A DNA stretch of 64,000 nucleotides from the human T2T-CHM13v2.0 reference genome, Homo sapiens: assembly GCF_009914755.1 (NCBI RefSeq), contig NC_060937.1; one strand, 5' to 3'. Made by a program: the position numbers and the translations under genes. Shown in pieces: positions 12,388 to 25,869 of the stretch (the stretch's first letter is position 1; each line of letters begins with the position of its first letter). The notes beneath the pieces were generated by a model, which ran no database searches, was not told where the DNA came from, and was given only the letters and a program-made list of their open reading frames with translations.

Positions 12388-12694
12388 TGTTATGGGCTGG
12401 ATTGTATGCCTACAAAGTTGATATGCTGAAGCCTTAAGCCCCAGTAACTCAGAATGTGCCTGTGTTTGGAGATGGGATTTTTAAAGAGGTAGTTAATTTA
12501 AAATTCTCCCATATGAGGACACAGAGAGAAGATGGCTATTTATGGACCAATCCAAGGCCTCATCAGACATCAAATCTACCCATTCTTTGAATTAGGACTT
12601 CCCAGCCTCCAAAACTCTGAGAAGTAAGTTTCTGTTGATTATAAGCAATCCAGTTTCTGGTAGATTTTTATAGTAGTCCAAACACACTATAACA
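12388..12694 (+). mobile_element. MLT1A/B-like MaLR solo LTR (internally deleted)
   Basis: tgttatgggctggattgt start; ggacttcccagcctccaaaact...ctataaca end. Confidence 0.8.
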
Positions 12695-12830
12695 GCAAGT
12701 TCACTTCATCTCTATCTCAGTTTCCTAACCTACAAAATGAGTATGACAATAACAATGGGACTTTTGTTAGATTTAAAGAAGTTCATGGCTTTGAAATATG
12801 TATTTAGTAAGTGGTTATCTATTATCATTT
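12695..12830 (+). mobile_element. MIR fragment
   Basis: gcaagttcacttcatctctatctcagtttcctaacctacaaaatg MIR core. Confidence 0.6.
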
Positions 12831-13195
12831 GTATAATAACTGAGAAAACTGAGATGTAGAAAGATAAGGGCACTCCATTCAGACTACACCTTGGCTCTTA
12901 ACTATAAAACGTGCTTTAGAAAATACACGTGGAGAACCAACCTGATCTAAGGTGAAACTCTGTAGTATATTGTATCAGGACACATTTTTAAGAATTCCAT
13001 TAAAATATAAATTAGATTTTTTGGTCAGTATGTTTGAGTGTGGTTTCAAATTTTTAAGTGTTTACATTATTATTCAAAGAGGAAACTGTCAAACTAAAGA
13101 TATTTCACCTTTTTTTTTTAAGACTGAATTCAAGTGGAATGGGAGAGTGTTGCAAGTAAAGGTATTTTAAGTACAAGAACTATGTCTTAGAATGG

Positions 13196-13266
13196 TGTCT
13201 TAGTTCTTTTTTTGCTGCTAAAACAGAATGCCTGAGACTGGGAAATTTAAAAAGAACTGATATTTC
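13196..13266 (-). mobile_element. MST/MLT-type LTR 3' tip (truncated)
   Basis: tgtcttagttc...gctgctaaaacagaatgcctgagactgggaaattt, cut off by an Alu. Confidence 0.7.
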
Positions 13267-13512
<246 letters not shown>

Positions 13513-13769
13513 CTAAGTGTGTATATATATATGCACACACTTCCAGCATAGCCAAAAGCCTCATTATCATCTCCTCAATCTTTCTCATATCAGATATGAA
13601 GACCACCTGAACTGAAAGGGGCCGTGGATGTCCTCGCCGAGCACCACACAGTGATGTGATCTCTAGCAGATTGGAGTGGGGTCATAGAGGAAGCTGCGAT
13701 AATAACAGCAGGAAGCTGCTAATAATTCTCTGCAATTTTAATAAAGTTAATGGCGCCTACTCAATGAGA

Positions 13770-13975
13770 GCATGAATTCCCTTCAGCTCCTGGCTCAGTA
13801 GCCCATTAGCTGTGTAACCACGAGCACGTTCCTTAAACCCACTGTGCCTCAGCTTCTGCCCATGTATAAAAACAGGCTCATCATGACACTTAGCACTTCA
13901 GTTGCTGTGAGGATTTAAGGATCGATACAGGCAAAGCCCTTACAGCAGTGTCTGGCGTACACTGGGTGTCTGTAC
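13770..13975 (+). mobile_element. MIR SINE
   Basis: ttagctgtgtaacc...ctgtgcctcagc...gttgctgtgaggatttaa...cagtgtctggc. Confidence 0.75.
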
Positions 13976-15199
13976 TGCAGTTGCTTAGAAAGCCTGGCAC
14001 AGATTTTTGCAGTTCCTTACTATCTGTAGGATCTTGTTAACATCACTTATTCTAACACTCGGTTCCTTTACCTGCAAAGTGGGAATGCCTGTGTCCCAGG
14101 CTTATTGAAATTGGTTTTATGAAACACATAAATATGAAGTGCTGTGCAGAGCAGTTAGCAGAGGGTTGGTGGAGACAGCAGTCCCCTTCCTCCTGGAAGA
14201 CATACCCCACGGAATGGCTCCCCAGGCCCTGGCAGCAAAGCATCTCATAAAAAAGTGCCTTGGCTGGGACACTTGGGAGGGCCTGCTGACTCTAGATGAT
14301 ATTGGGAAACATTATTTTCCTATTGGCACTGCTTCTGCTATTGAAAATAAAAACAAGTTCTTAAGCCCTTGGAACATTTATTCACTGCCCTCTACTTTTT
14401 AAATTGGTTTAAATTGGCCTGGATAACCTGTTTCCTATCCAGCATTCCCAGCTCAGAAGAGTCTGTAAATATATCTTCAAAGAGGGTCTTCGACAATCCT
14501 TGATCAAAGACCTTGCGGTTCTAAGCACAGAGTTGGCCTTCCTCCTCCTCTCCCGTTTCCACCCTCTCCTGCAAGCAGCCGAGTGTCCTCACAGTGCGGC
14601 CATAGAAGCTGGGTGGGAGGAGGAGGCCTCATGCTGGGAAGGCCCTTCCCTTCTCCTCCTCAATGTCCTGCTCCAGGTGAGTGCCCAGCAGGCGCTGTCA
14701 GGCTGTGACCTCCAGGAGGAATTAAAGGGAAAGGTGGAAGAACAGGCACCTCTGGGACAAGGGGGTTTCTTTGGCCTATCTTATGGAATTAAGTAGCATG
14801 TTGGTTTTTTCCACTGGTAAATTACAGCCCTTACATAATATTTGAATAAGTTATGAATGATATGTTTTGAATTAATTTACATTTATTTTTAATTAATTGA
14901 TTAACATTAATTAACACAATTCATAAATAATTCAAAGTGACAGCCGTCTGCTCATTACTTATGCCTTTTTGTTTACCTAAATGATCCATTTTGCAGTATG
15001 CCATTGTGGAAACAAGGCTCGGTTTATAGTCTCCGTCTCTCTTTAGGTGAGAGACAAGTTCTATATAACCTTGTATAACTTGTAGGTTATACAAGTTCTC
15101 TGGGTTTTCTAAGTGAACTCAATTTGTTGGACAGGTGAGCTCTCAACTACCTTCCAACTTGTACTCTATCACAAAATAGACTAATATTCTTCCCTGTCA

Positions 15200-15930
15200 A
15201 CCATACCCTCCAAAGAACATTTAGGAAGTCTCCAAGGTGTCTCTTCCCTTTACCACCATGACAGTTTTAGGCCAAGCCACCCTCCCTCTCAGCCACCCAC
15301 TTTTATTCTGGCCCCAGTGCGATTCATCTCCACACAGCAGGAAGCCAGGATGACCCAAATGCCATCGTTCCTTCTTTCAAGCCCTTCCTGTCCACTCATT
15401 GCACTTGGAATTGCACCCAAATGTCTCCCCTGTCAGGCCTCGTCCTGACCTGACCGCTGCCTGGGGCTCCACCATTTTCTAGGATCTCTCTCCCTAAAGT
15501 CTGCCGCTGCGTCTATTTCCTTTCTTTGAACAGGCTGAGCTCTTTATGCATCTTACATATTTTATGTGTTGAAATGCCACCTCCCTTGTCCTCTACCCCT
15601 TCCTTCTCCTTCTTAAGATCTCAACTTAAATGTCATCTCCTCAGAGTGAGCCCCTGCCCTGGGCCACGCAGGTGATTTCAGCGCATCCCCAGCCCTGACC
15701 CCCATTGTTCCCTGGCACAGCTGCCACCAGTTCTTCCAGGGCACGTATCACAATGCATGCCGTTGATGTATTTGTGTACTTGATTCCTGCCTGTCCCCAT
15801 CCAAACCCTATCTCTAAAAGACCTAGGACCAAGTCAAGACCGTATCTGCCTTTGTTGATACAGAATTCTTGGAACATGGTAGGAACTCAGTAAATATTTC
15901 TGGAAGCAATGAATGGATAAATAAATGAGT
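15200..15930 (+). mobile_element. L2 LINE 3' portion
   Basis: tctcaacttaaatgtcatctcctcagag and terminal ggtaggaactcagtaaatatttc...aatgaatggataaataaatga. Confidence 0.75.
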
Positions 15931-18109
15931 TGTGCATCTGTTTGTAGAGAAAGAACTAGAGACATTTAACGCTACCTCCTCTTCTGGTCTCCTTATTTGT
16001 TTTAAAGCTTTATTTTTTATTTCTTTTATCTATCGTGTTAGATAAGCAGGTCATGCTGCACATATGAGCAGAGCTGATGGGGATCATAAACAAAAGCATA
16101 GCCTCTGCTGTGGCTACAGGAGGCGGCAGCAAGCAGGACACAGAGAAGTGATATTCCCATTGGATTCCATGCTGTGAATTCTGTGATTCACCCAATTTAG
16201 CCAAAGAAATGGGGGGCTTCCACCTCCTACCCTAATTAATTGGCTGGACAAAGCAATACCAAAAGCTTCTGAAGTCACAAAAATCAGGTTAGCCTCCTGG
16301 ACTCTGCAGAAATTTGCCTTTTGTAGTGAACTCATCAATTAAAAGGCATATCATGGACTTCATAACAATCTGTGCCATTATTTTGTATCAAAATTAGCTA
16401 TATAATTTTCCCTCCACTGGAAGTCATTTCACATTCTGCAATAAATTATTCTCCTGTTCATATTGACTCTGTGCAATGACATTGCAAAACACGGGGAGAG
16501 AGCAAAGTTTGGAGTTTTATAAAATAAATAGGAATTGCCATAGCGATTTTTCAGGGAAAAGATGTTTCTTGTCATTTTCTGATGGTCTTACATTCAATTC
16601 AAAGAGGCACACCATTGATAGAGTATGTGCTGTCACTTTCAAGAGTTGTGAATTAATGCCACATCCCCTATTTACTTCTTATGTAAAAGCTATATGAGCT
16701 TTATCATAGTGACCAAGCATATTATGAGTTGATTCATTTGTTTTCGTCTGAAAGACAAGATGAATATGACCTTTATTCTTAAGATGACTGATGAGTTTTC
16801 TGCAAGGGTAGATGTGTCTATTTTTCTGAAAGAAATCCTCTGTGTCAATCTAGTTTTTTTGGAGCTTCTGTGATTTGCTTTTTGTACATCTTTTGAAGCT
16901 AATCTCTCAATTACCCCCTCCCTTTAGTCTGAGTAGTCCTATTTTTGTAGCTGATGCAAACAAATTCTTCATCGATGAAAACAGTATCTCTCTACCTTTC
17001 ACACCATGTTTTTGAAAAGAAAACACAGAAAGGCAGTCTATGGTTGGTATATGAGAAACCATTTTACACATTGTAAAACTATTTCCAAGGGTAAGTTGTT
17101 GTTATAAAGTTCAAAGAAAGACATGCTCAATATTTGCCTACTAATTTTTTTAGCTTCCATATACACTGAGTTACCTCTGATCCTAATTGATCATCAGTAG
17201 GTAGTGGAGATAAATATGTGTTTCCTATTATTTATTTAAGACCCAATGAACTCACTAAGAGCCATTCATACTTTATAATGTATTGGCTGAGCAAGAATAT
17301 TGTCATTTTTCAATTTAACACTAACTTTAATTTATAGAGTAGCTATTACAATAGCTGGAGATAGCAATTTTAGTTTTGAGGTACCAGAATCAGAAAGATG
17401 CATCCACAGTGCCCATGTGGGATAATCATTATGGCTTTGTAATATTGTTTGTTTCTAAAATTGGCAATGTATTTACAAAGCGACTAAGTGAACACTACTT
17501 TTTTGCTTTATTTAATGATAATATAATGATAGCTACTTCTATATAATGAAAAGCATGGTTTTCACGTGGATCACTGGAAAGTCAAAAATTTGTCAAAATT
17601 TTAAAATTTACTTTTCACGATGTCTCTAGTATAAAGTGAAGTCCAGAATAAAGTGTTTTTTTAAATTATGTTTCATGAATTACATGCAAGAAATGCCTGT
17701 TCCCTGGATCATAATTTTTGTCTACATTTAGGCCTCCAAGTTATCTGGCTCAGCCTCTTATCTCACCAAGTAATAACTCTGATTTCCAAGTCAATTCATT
17801 TTCAAAATAGTTGCATCTAATAATAAATCCTTACTGTAAAATAAGTCCTAACAAGATCATTTTATACATTGATAGCTTAAATATTCTTTTTGCTGTTTTT
17901 CTCCTTTGTATATTTCTTCCCAGAAATGTTTGCCATAAGAGGCTGAAAAAATCATATCGATTAAAAGAGCCTATCACCCAGGCGGGAAGAAGTCATATTG
18001 TTCAATTGTTTTTTCCAAAATAACTTTCTTTCAAAAATATTAAAATAAGGGATTTCTTTTTTTTTATATTCAGCCCAAATTAAGCACCCATTCACCATTG
18101 AAAGAGATT

Positions 18110-18400
18110 TGTCACTTCACTGTAGATGACTCCCAAATTCCTACATCTCTTTCTAATACTGTGATTCTACTGAGATCTGGCCCCACATCCTGAATGGAGT
18201 GTGCATGGTTCCTCCTGAATGAGCACCCCACCCCTACCTCCAACTTAACACTCAGCACCTGTAAGATAAGAGTACACTACCTTTCTCCACAAATCAACTC
18301 ATCTTGTCATCTCTGCTGGCTTCGCAGGTACCCAAGCGTCCTCCTCTCTCTCCGCCCACCCTCCTCTATCTCATTCTGCACAATGAGGTTCCTGAAACCC
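18110..18400 (+). mobile_element. L2 fragment
   Basis: gatgactcccaaattcctacatctc L2 motif; degenerate. Confidence 0.5.
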
Positions 18401-20859
18401 AGAGCATTTTGCATATTCTTCATCTGTGTACTTTTGATTTAATTATAAGATAAGCATCAGGGGTAAATATAAAATATTTTCTTACAAATTTTCAGGGGTA
18501 AGTTTTCCTTACAACGATAACAACAACAAAATCATTTTCTGCACCCTTCAAGGCCCAGCTCCTTTCTGTCTTATATTCAGTTCACATCATACAGCCATTT
18601 CTTTACATTTTATCTCAATAGTTATTAGGTTGTGATTTTATTATATTTAACAATCTTTTTTCATGAAGAGAACAAAACAGATAGACTTAGACTCCTGCTA
18701 GAGTATTATAAGCTAAAGCTAAAGCTTGAAACCCTGTTAAGGAACGTAGAGTAATTTTATTATTTCATCTTCTTCACTCCCTCCTTCTAAGAAGATCGAT
18801 TTTTAAAAAAAGTCTTTTTCTGTTTTTCAGAGCAGGGTGAGAGGCCACACAGCATTCTCCTGATATATCCTCAAAGATGCAGTTCAATCCTGTTTAAATA
18901 CTTTGATTAGTATTAGCTGAAGATTGTGATTTGATCAAGAACATTTTTCTATTCAGAATGATTCTGCCAGAGCTTTTTGCCACTGAAAATATGAAAACGA
19001 ACAAGCCTATTTAAACAAAAGAAAATTATAGTTTATATTTGCTCTCAAATAAATATGCCACATTGAGGATTGTTTTTTATGATAAATTGCCAAACATCAT
19101 ACTTATGTTTGGACATAGAAAAGAGGAAAGGGGAGAATTTCATCTTTCAATGATACTTTTCAAAATTATAATAAACAACTAATTAAGTGGTAATTTTCTG
19201 GATTAAAAATGCATCTCTATCACAGTTGGGTCACACGTTAACAATGGTTTCCATTGGAGTACTTTTATTTGAGAAATTCTAGTGTTTCCATTACAAGACC
19301 TATTTGTAAGGATTTATTTCTCATCTGTAAAAATTTACTCAGGGTTGCAACTGAACATTTACTAGCCAGGGAAAAAATTCTTCTCACCCAATTTGTATTT
19401 TAATTAGCTTGGCCTTTTTATCACTTTGGATTAACATAAAGGAGAAAAAATAGATGGAAATGCAACAGTGAAAAATAATCTATTTGTTGACATACATATT
19501 GGCAAAATATTACCAGTTACCCTAAGCATGGATTCCTTTATCTTCCTTAACATTGACAAGGGCAAATTTTAAGAGTCAAGAATAAAAATCCATTTATTTT
19601 AAAAATGTGTCTAGTATCATCTATTAGAACAAAATTCCTGGAAAGATGACAAAATCTGTGTGCTTGCATTATCTTGACAGATATGAATAATCAGTGTTTT
19701 TGATGATACACCCCAAAGGGGTTTGATTTGTATATATGACCAAAGCGCATGAGAAAGAACAATGCAATTTAGTCATTCTGTAGAAATTCTAATATAAAGG
19801 CAACTTTTAAAAATCCTTAGCAAAAAGATGTTTAGTGGGAAAAAATATGAGCTTTCTCAAATAGGAGGGAAAAATATTATACGCTGAGGTTACAAGTTAA
19901 ATGTACACTTGAATCACATATACTTGAAAGAGCTTTCTACATCTTAAGGGACACATGGGGATATCTGTTATTTGGACTGAAAGGAAATTTAATTAATTCA
20001 ATGTAGCAAACAGAAAGTAATGATGATAAAATGAGATTAGGATAGTAGAAGGGAAAGCATGGATATTAAAAAATGACTTTGGGATTTTGAATTCACAGAA
20101 GCAGAAACAAATAATAACAACAAAACCCCTCTATTGGCTCAATCTGTCTGACTTCCATAACATAGAAACGAGCTGAATATAAATCAGTTTTCATTATGCA
20201 GTGTCTGGAGAGGTCACATCTGGGGCATTTTGCTCAAGTTTAGCGCATTATGGTGGCTTAGCAAAGAGGTGAAAAGCAAAGCCAAGAGCACCAACAATGA
20301 TCAAGCATCTTGGAAGATACTCACATTGGCAGGAGAGTTATGCACCTGGGAAAGAAAGGTGTCCTACCCCAAGTGCATGATCATTATCACAATGTTATCA
20401 CCACTCTGCTGTAGCAGCAATGAATGAGGGAGAAACATTATTTAGAAAGGCAAAGAAAAAAGAGGACAAGAAGACAATAGAATGTGAGTTCTTTAGAGGG
20501 AACAGCAAAGGAGATCGTCATAGGGCAAAAAAAAAGGAGAAAAGGCCCAGGTAATCGTTGAAATTTGGAAGGAAATTTTAGGCAAACGCTTTCACTGTAC
20601 CACATCCAGGTGTTCTCTGTAGCAAAAATTCCAGGCATAGAATTCAGGTTAGAACCTATCATTCCTGCTGAGGTATTGCTGGTTTAGTTATCCAACTGCT
20701 TATGGCTTACTGTTGGTATTGTAAACAACACCTGAAAGTAATCCATTCATAAACCTAAATTCTTGCAAAAATTTAGCAAGTCAAAACTTCCAAAATTCCC
20801 TGTGGCCTAAAGAAAGGTTAACAGTAAAGCTTAAGTTAATAGCAATTTTTTTCTTGGAA

Positions 20860-21053
20860 CTGTATCATCTAGTATGGTAGCCAGTAGCCACATGTGGCTT
20901 TTTAAATTTAAATTCAGATTAATTCAAATGTAAAATTCAGTTCCTCAGTTGTACCAGCCACATTTCAAATTTTTGATAGCCACTGTGTTAATATTGGACA
21001 GCACAGACACAGAACATTTTTATCCCCACAGAAACTTCTAATGGGTAGTATTT
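20860..21053 (-). mobile_element. MER3 (hAT-Charlie)
   Basis: ggtagccagtagccacatgtggc...aaaattcagttcctcagttg...tattggacagcacag. Confidence 0.85.
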
Positions 21054-22227
21054 TCTAGAATTTAATGGAACATTTTGATAATATACAAATTTTGAGTATA
21101 TGGATTAAGGTACAGCCTTTTATTCTCATAATACAGAGTTCAGAAATAGGCAATTTCTAAGTGAATAATGATGGATATGAATAAACAGTACAATACAGAC
21201 AATTCAAAAAAAATTTCTGGAGAGTTGATTTAAGATAACATATATATATATTTGTACACACACATATATATATGTATATACACAACATATATATATGTTG
21301 TGTAGACTCTAAAACATGTACTAAAAAAAACAGTAATGACATGGGACAAGTTGAAATGTCAGAACATTTCCTGATTCCAGAATCTGCATTCTTCCCCTTC
21401 ATCTCCAGCCTACTCAGAGGAAGATTTCTACTACATTTAAAATCATTTGGAAAAATGGCAGAAAATTATTCAGATTACTATCAAAGCAAAATTTATTCTT
21501 TGAGATTTTAATAATTTTAATAAAGATATGATAGGGAGATAATTTTGCATTCAGTCACAGTTTTGTACTTAGATTATTGTGATGATTTATAGCGAGGAAA
21601 TCTACATTAAGTAGTTTCTTGAAAATCTTATTTTCTCATTGTTGAATGGATCTAGAAGAATACAAAAACAACATTATCTCAAAAACTTACATCTCAAATG
21701 GTCTCCAAAGTTCAGACAAATAAAATTGCAAAAGAAAATGCCAGGAAATTGTCTACACGAAGTGATGTTTTTATTCTAATGAAAATATCAACTTTATGAA
21801 GCCAAAAATATTTAGTGAGTGACCGTAGGTTGGGTATCTTTGTATAAAATGAACTCAGGTAATCAAGAGCCACCCTGAAGGGTGGCAAACTCTTATTAAT
21901 TTTGAGTACAGATGTAGAGAGATGGCCAAAACTATTTCACTATGTCATTTTCACTATGACATAGATAATTGAACTTTTATTTTGTACTCTAACTTCCTTC
22001 CTTCCCTCCAGCATCTCTCTTTCATAAAACACATCATTAGTAAATCAAAATGTCTTTTAGGTGTTGTTGAAACATTTTTGTTCTATAAGATTTTCTTTTG
22101 GAATGGTGTTTGTTAATTAACCTAACAGTTTTGATTTTTATGTTGACTATCAATTAATCACTTTGTAAAAACATGCACCAGGCTTTAAGGGACACGCAGT
22201 CAATTAGTATACAATTAGTACAAATCA

Positions 22228-22455
22228 CTCATTCTCAACCATGGTCCTCAACCTTCCTTAGTATCACTTGATGAGTTTTAAAATAAAATAATGTGTTGTC
22301 TCCTAATCAGAGCAATTAAAACAGATTCTCTAGGGGTTTTAGAGAATCTGTTGATTCTCTAAATCAACTGATTTAGAGGTTGAGCCACTGGTGTTTTTTT
22401 TTTTCCCAAGTTCCCTAGTTAATATTAATATGCAGCCAGGGTTCAGAAGTACAGA
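22228..22455. mobile_element. MER5-family element (MER5A1/B-like, hAT-Charlie) with ~43-bp internal insertion
   Basis: ttctcaacc start, caattaaaacagattctct, taatatgcagccagggttcagaa end. Confidence 0.7.
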
Positions 22456-23007
22456 CGACATAAATTCTTCACCACTACTGGGGCTCCAAATTAGAATTAC
22501 ATGCAATGCTAGTTATACACCAGAAACCACATTATCTGTTTATTTGAGAGATATTTTCACTGAAACAAAAATACCATAGGAAAAATATTTCTACATAATT
22601 GAAATTAACTAGAAACTATTTTATATTATTAACCAAAAAGTTACTTACTATGCTTGTATTCACAAAAGAAGTATTCAAAATATTGCCCTCAGCTATAGTG
22701 ACATGAATTATTAATTTTTTTTTTAAACAAAGGTATTAGAGAAGAGCCTGCCAAAAGAAAGTTGATGATCATATCTTATTTCTCACACAGGACTTTAATG
22801 GTGGTTTGAATTACAGTAACACTGGATGATAGAGATATGTGATAGAAATATTATGCATATATTTTATTTTCATTAACTTCTTTGCTGTAATTTTCAGAGA
22901 GGATAGGAAAATGCAAAATATATTCTTCATCAGTTTCGGCGCATTGGTAGAGCTGAGTCTTCTCTAATAAACAGTATGGCATTAAACTCTCTCTAACTAT
23001 ACCCTAC

Positions 23008-23383
23008 TGATATGGTTTAGATTTGTGTCTGCCCAAACTCATGTCCATTTGTAATTCCCAGTGTTGGAGGAGGGGCCTAGTGGGAAGTGATTGGATCATG
23101 GGGTCAGACTTCCCCCTTGCTATTCTTGGCATAGTGAGTAAGTTCTTGCTGGTTGTTTGAAAATGTGTAGCACCTCCCCCTTCACTCTCTTCCTCCTGCT
23201 CCCAGCCATGTAGTATGTACCTGCTTCTCCTTCATCTTCTGTCATGATTGTAAGTTTCCTGAGGCCTCCCCAGCCATGCCTACTATACAGTCTGCAGAAC
23301 CGTGAGCCAACTAAACCTCCTTTCTTTATGAACTACCCAGTCTCAGGTAGTTCTTTATAGCAGTGTGAGAACAGACTAATATA
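23008..23383 (+). mobile_element. MSTA-like MaLR solo LTR
   Basis: tgatatggtttag...gagaacagactaatata; near-TSD cctac/cctgc. Confidence 0.9.
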
Positions 23384-24439
23384 CCTGCATATGTTAATAT
23401 TGGCATGCCTACATATTTACCACTTTGTAGACTGTGTAGAGTGACCATTCAAAAACAAACCAGGAACTGCTGTATATTTAGCTATGTTAATCAGAAAAAA
23501 TAAAACAGGCAAGATTTTCCTCCCCAAGTCAGTTAAGAGCAGTTGTTAAGACCAGACGCCTCTATTTCCCCCTCATTATTAGATGGAGTGAATTCTGAAA
23601 GCACAAACTCAGAAAGTCCACAAAAGTCACATTTCTGGCAGATGAGACAAGAAGCCACAGACTTAGCAGAATTTTACAAGATGAAAATTTCCATTTTTGT
23701 CTCAGTTTTAAAAGACACGAATTTGGTAAAAGGTGAAGAGAAGATTGTGCTTTTTTTACAGCTGCTGTGGACTTGCTGCCTTCGCCAGTGATGACTCAGT
23801 GTCTCATTAAAGAGAGAAGCCCCTGCCTACAGCTACATCCCACAGGCTGAAGCCTCGGAGACGGGTGGCAAGGAGAGGTTATAAACTTTGATGTAGCTTC
23901 AAAGAGAACTCTTAGCTGAAGGTAGGGGAGTGCAGAATTCTGTTATGGAAAAGTCAAAGAAGATGGAGTAATGGACACAGTGCAAGTTAGCTATGTCAGG
24001 AGGATAAATGGATTTATTTGTATTCTGCTACCAAGAGGGCCTTTTCCTAGCCATGTTTAAGTGGGTATTACACAGTTGGATTTTGAAAGAAAAGTGAGAT
24101 CACATATGCCTGTTAAAGAATGGAGCTTGGAATGTGGAGATTTTTATTTCTTAGTAATATCTTTATTATTTTATAGTCTGATTTTTCAAAACTAGTATTT
24201 AAAGTGGTAATGTCACATGCTATGGAGAAAAGCAGAGAAGGGTGTCTGAGTCTGCCTACAGAGTGTCCCCTGACCCCAAGTCCTCCTTCCTAAAACCAAA
24301 AAGCCCTGGAGAAAGCCCAGCATGCAGAGGGGGACTCTGGCAGTGGGAGAGGGCAGGAGGCCCTGGGAGGGCCTGGTGGAAGTGGAGCCTCTACCACCCC
24401 CACTGGGCATGGGAGGCCTGGCGAGGTAGTGGGAGGTGG

Positions 24440-25015
24440 GCTTGGTGTCACTCCTGGAGAAACACCCACCTCCAAGCCCAGTCACGTGGTGTGATTGCTG
24501 GAAGGTGTCAGTTTGTCACAGTTTGCTGGATGAAGAGGCCTCAATTCCTATGAGCTGTTGGCAAAGAGTCACGGTTCCCGGCCACAGCACACGGGCCTCT
24601 TCATGGAGAGGCTCACAATGTGGAGAGTTGCTTCTCCTGGGACAGGTGGTGGGAAACAGGAGGGAGAGAGAAAAAGAGGAGAGAGAGGGAGAGAGAAAGA
24701 TAGAGAGGGGAGAATAAAGAGAGGAGAGAGGAAAGGAGAAAGAGACGGACAGACACAGAGAGGAGAAAGAGAGAAAGAGAGAGAGGAGAAGGAAGGAGGA
24801 GGGAAGGGGAAAAAGAAAGAAGGAGACAGAAGACAGAGAAGGAAGGAGAGAGTGAGCCCACTCTGGAAGCTGCTTTCATAGCCTCACCTCCACAGGTGCA
24901 TGCCATTACTTCTACTGTATTCTAATTCCTTGCAAGTGAATCACTAAGGCCAGTCCACACTCGGGGTGGGGGAAAGAGATTAGACAAGGGCAGGAATGCC
25001 AGGTGGGACCACGGT
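24440..25015 (-). mobile_element. Old MLT1 (F/G/H-like) LTR interrupted by a GA-rich tract
   Basis: ggcctcttcatggagaggctcacaa and gtgaatcactaaggccagtccacactc motifs; boundaries approximate. Confidence 0.6.
24651..24852. repeat. GA-rich polypurine low-complexity tract (~200 bp)
   Basis: Almost exclusively G/A on the plus strand. Confidence 0.95.
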
Positions 25016-25869
25016 TAGGTTTGTTGTTACTGTTACTACTTTCATCCCACTTTAAACAATATAAACAATATTATTTTCTAAATATATCTCAAACTTACTG
25101 CAGACACCTGTTCTTAAAGCCCAAAAGGCATGTGTATAAGCAGTTAAAAGCATAAAGACAGTGAACATAAGGGAAGGTATAGTAGAAAATGTTATCTTTG
25201 AACATTATACATATTTTAATATCACTTAGAAGAATATTATAATGTACAATTTCATACTTCGTTGTCCTTGTCAAACTTAATAGATTACCCCAAAATAACA
25301 CATTTTCTTTTTACATTTCTATTATTTAATGACATAGTTATGAAAAGAAGTATTCTGTAAAATATTAGTGAGTATGAAATGTAAATTTAAATAATAGTCA
25401 ACCTTTTATTTTACAAAAAGCAAATTTGAATCAATTCATACTTGTGAAGATCTGAAATACTGGGACTTCTTTCTTTTTTTTTTTTTTGCAGTAATCCCTT
25501 CTTTCCTTGTTCCTTCTTATATACTTTCAGAGTTATTTCTTATTTCCATTCATCAAGTGATAACTTTGTTTTTGGAGCCCCAAAGTATGTCTACAAAGTA
25601 ACAAGCTAGATGGCCAGGAGGTCTTTCCTAAATGCATTGCCCATAAACTCAGAAACACTCAGTGATTGATTCCCTGTCCTCTTGGCAGCAGGCAACACTG
25701 GGACTGCTTTTTAGATGCTCCCATCTCCTGGGGAGACCCCTCACCCCCAGCAGAAGGCCACCTTGCTCCCTCTAGTGAGTGCCTATGTGCCACATTGAGC
25801 TGGGGAAAGTCCTCTCCGTGTCCTCAGCATCTCTCACACTTGTTTACATGATGGAATTCAGGTCGCATA

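Noticed and set aside
24213-24906. Cluster of overlapping 60-107 aa ORFs
   Set aside because: Derived from a GC-rich LTR and a GA tract that lacks stop codons; low-complexity E/R/K or S/L translations.
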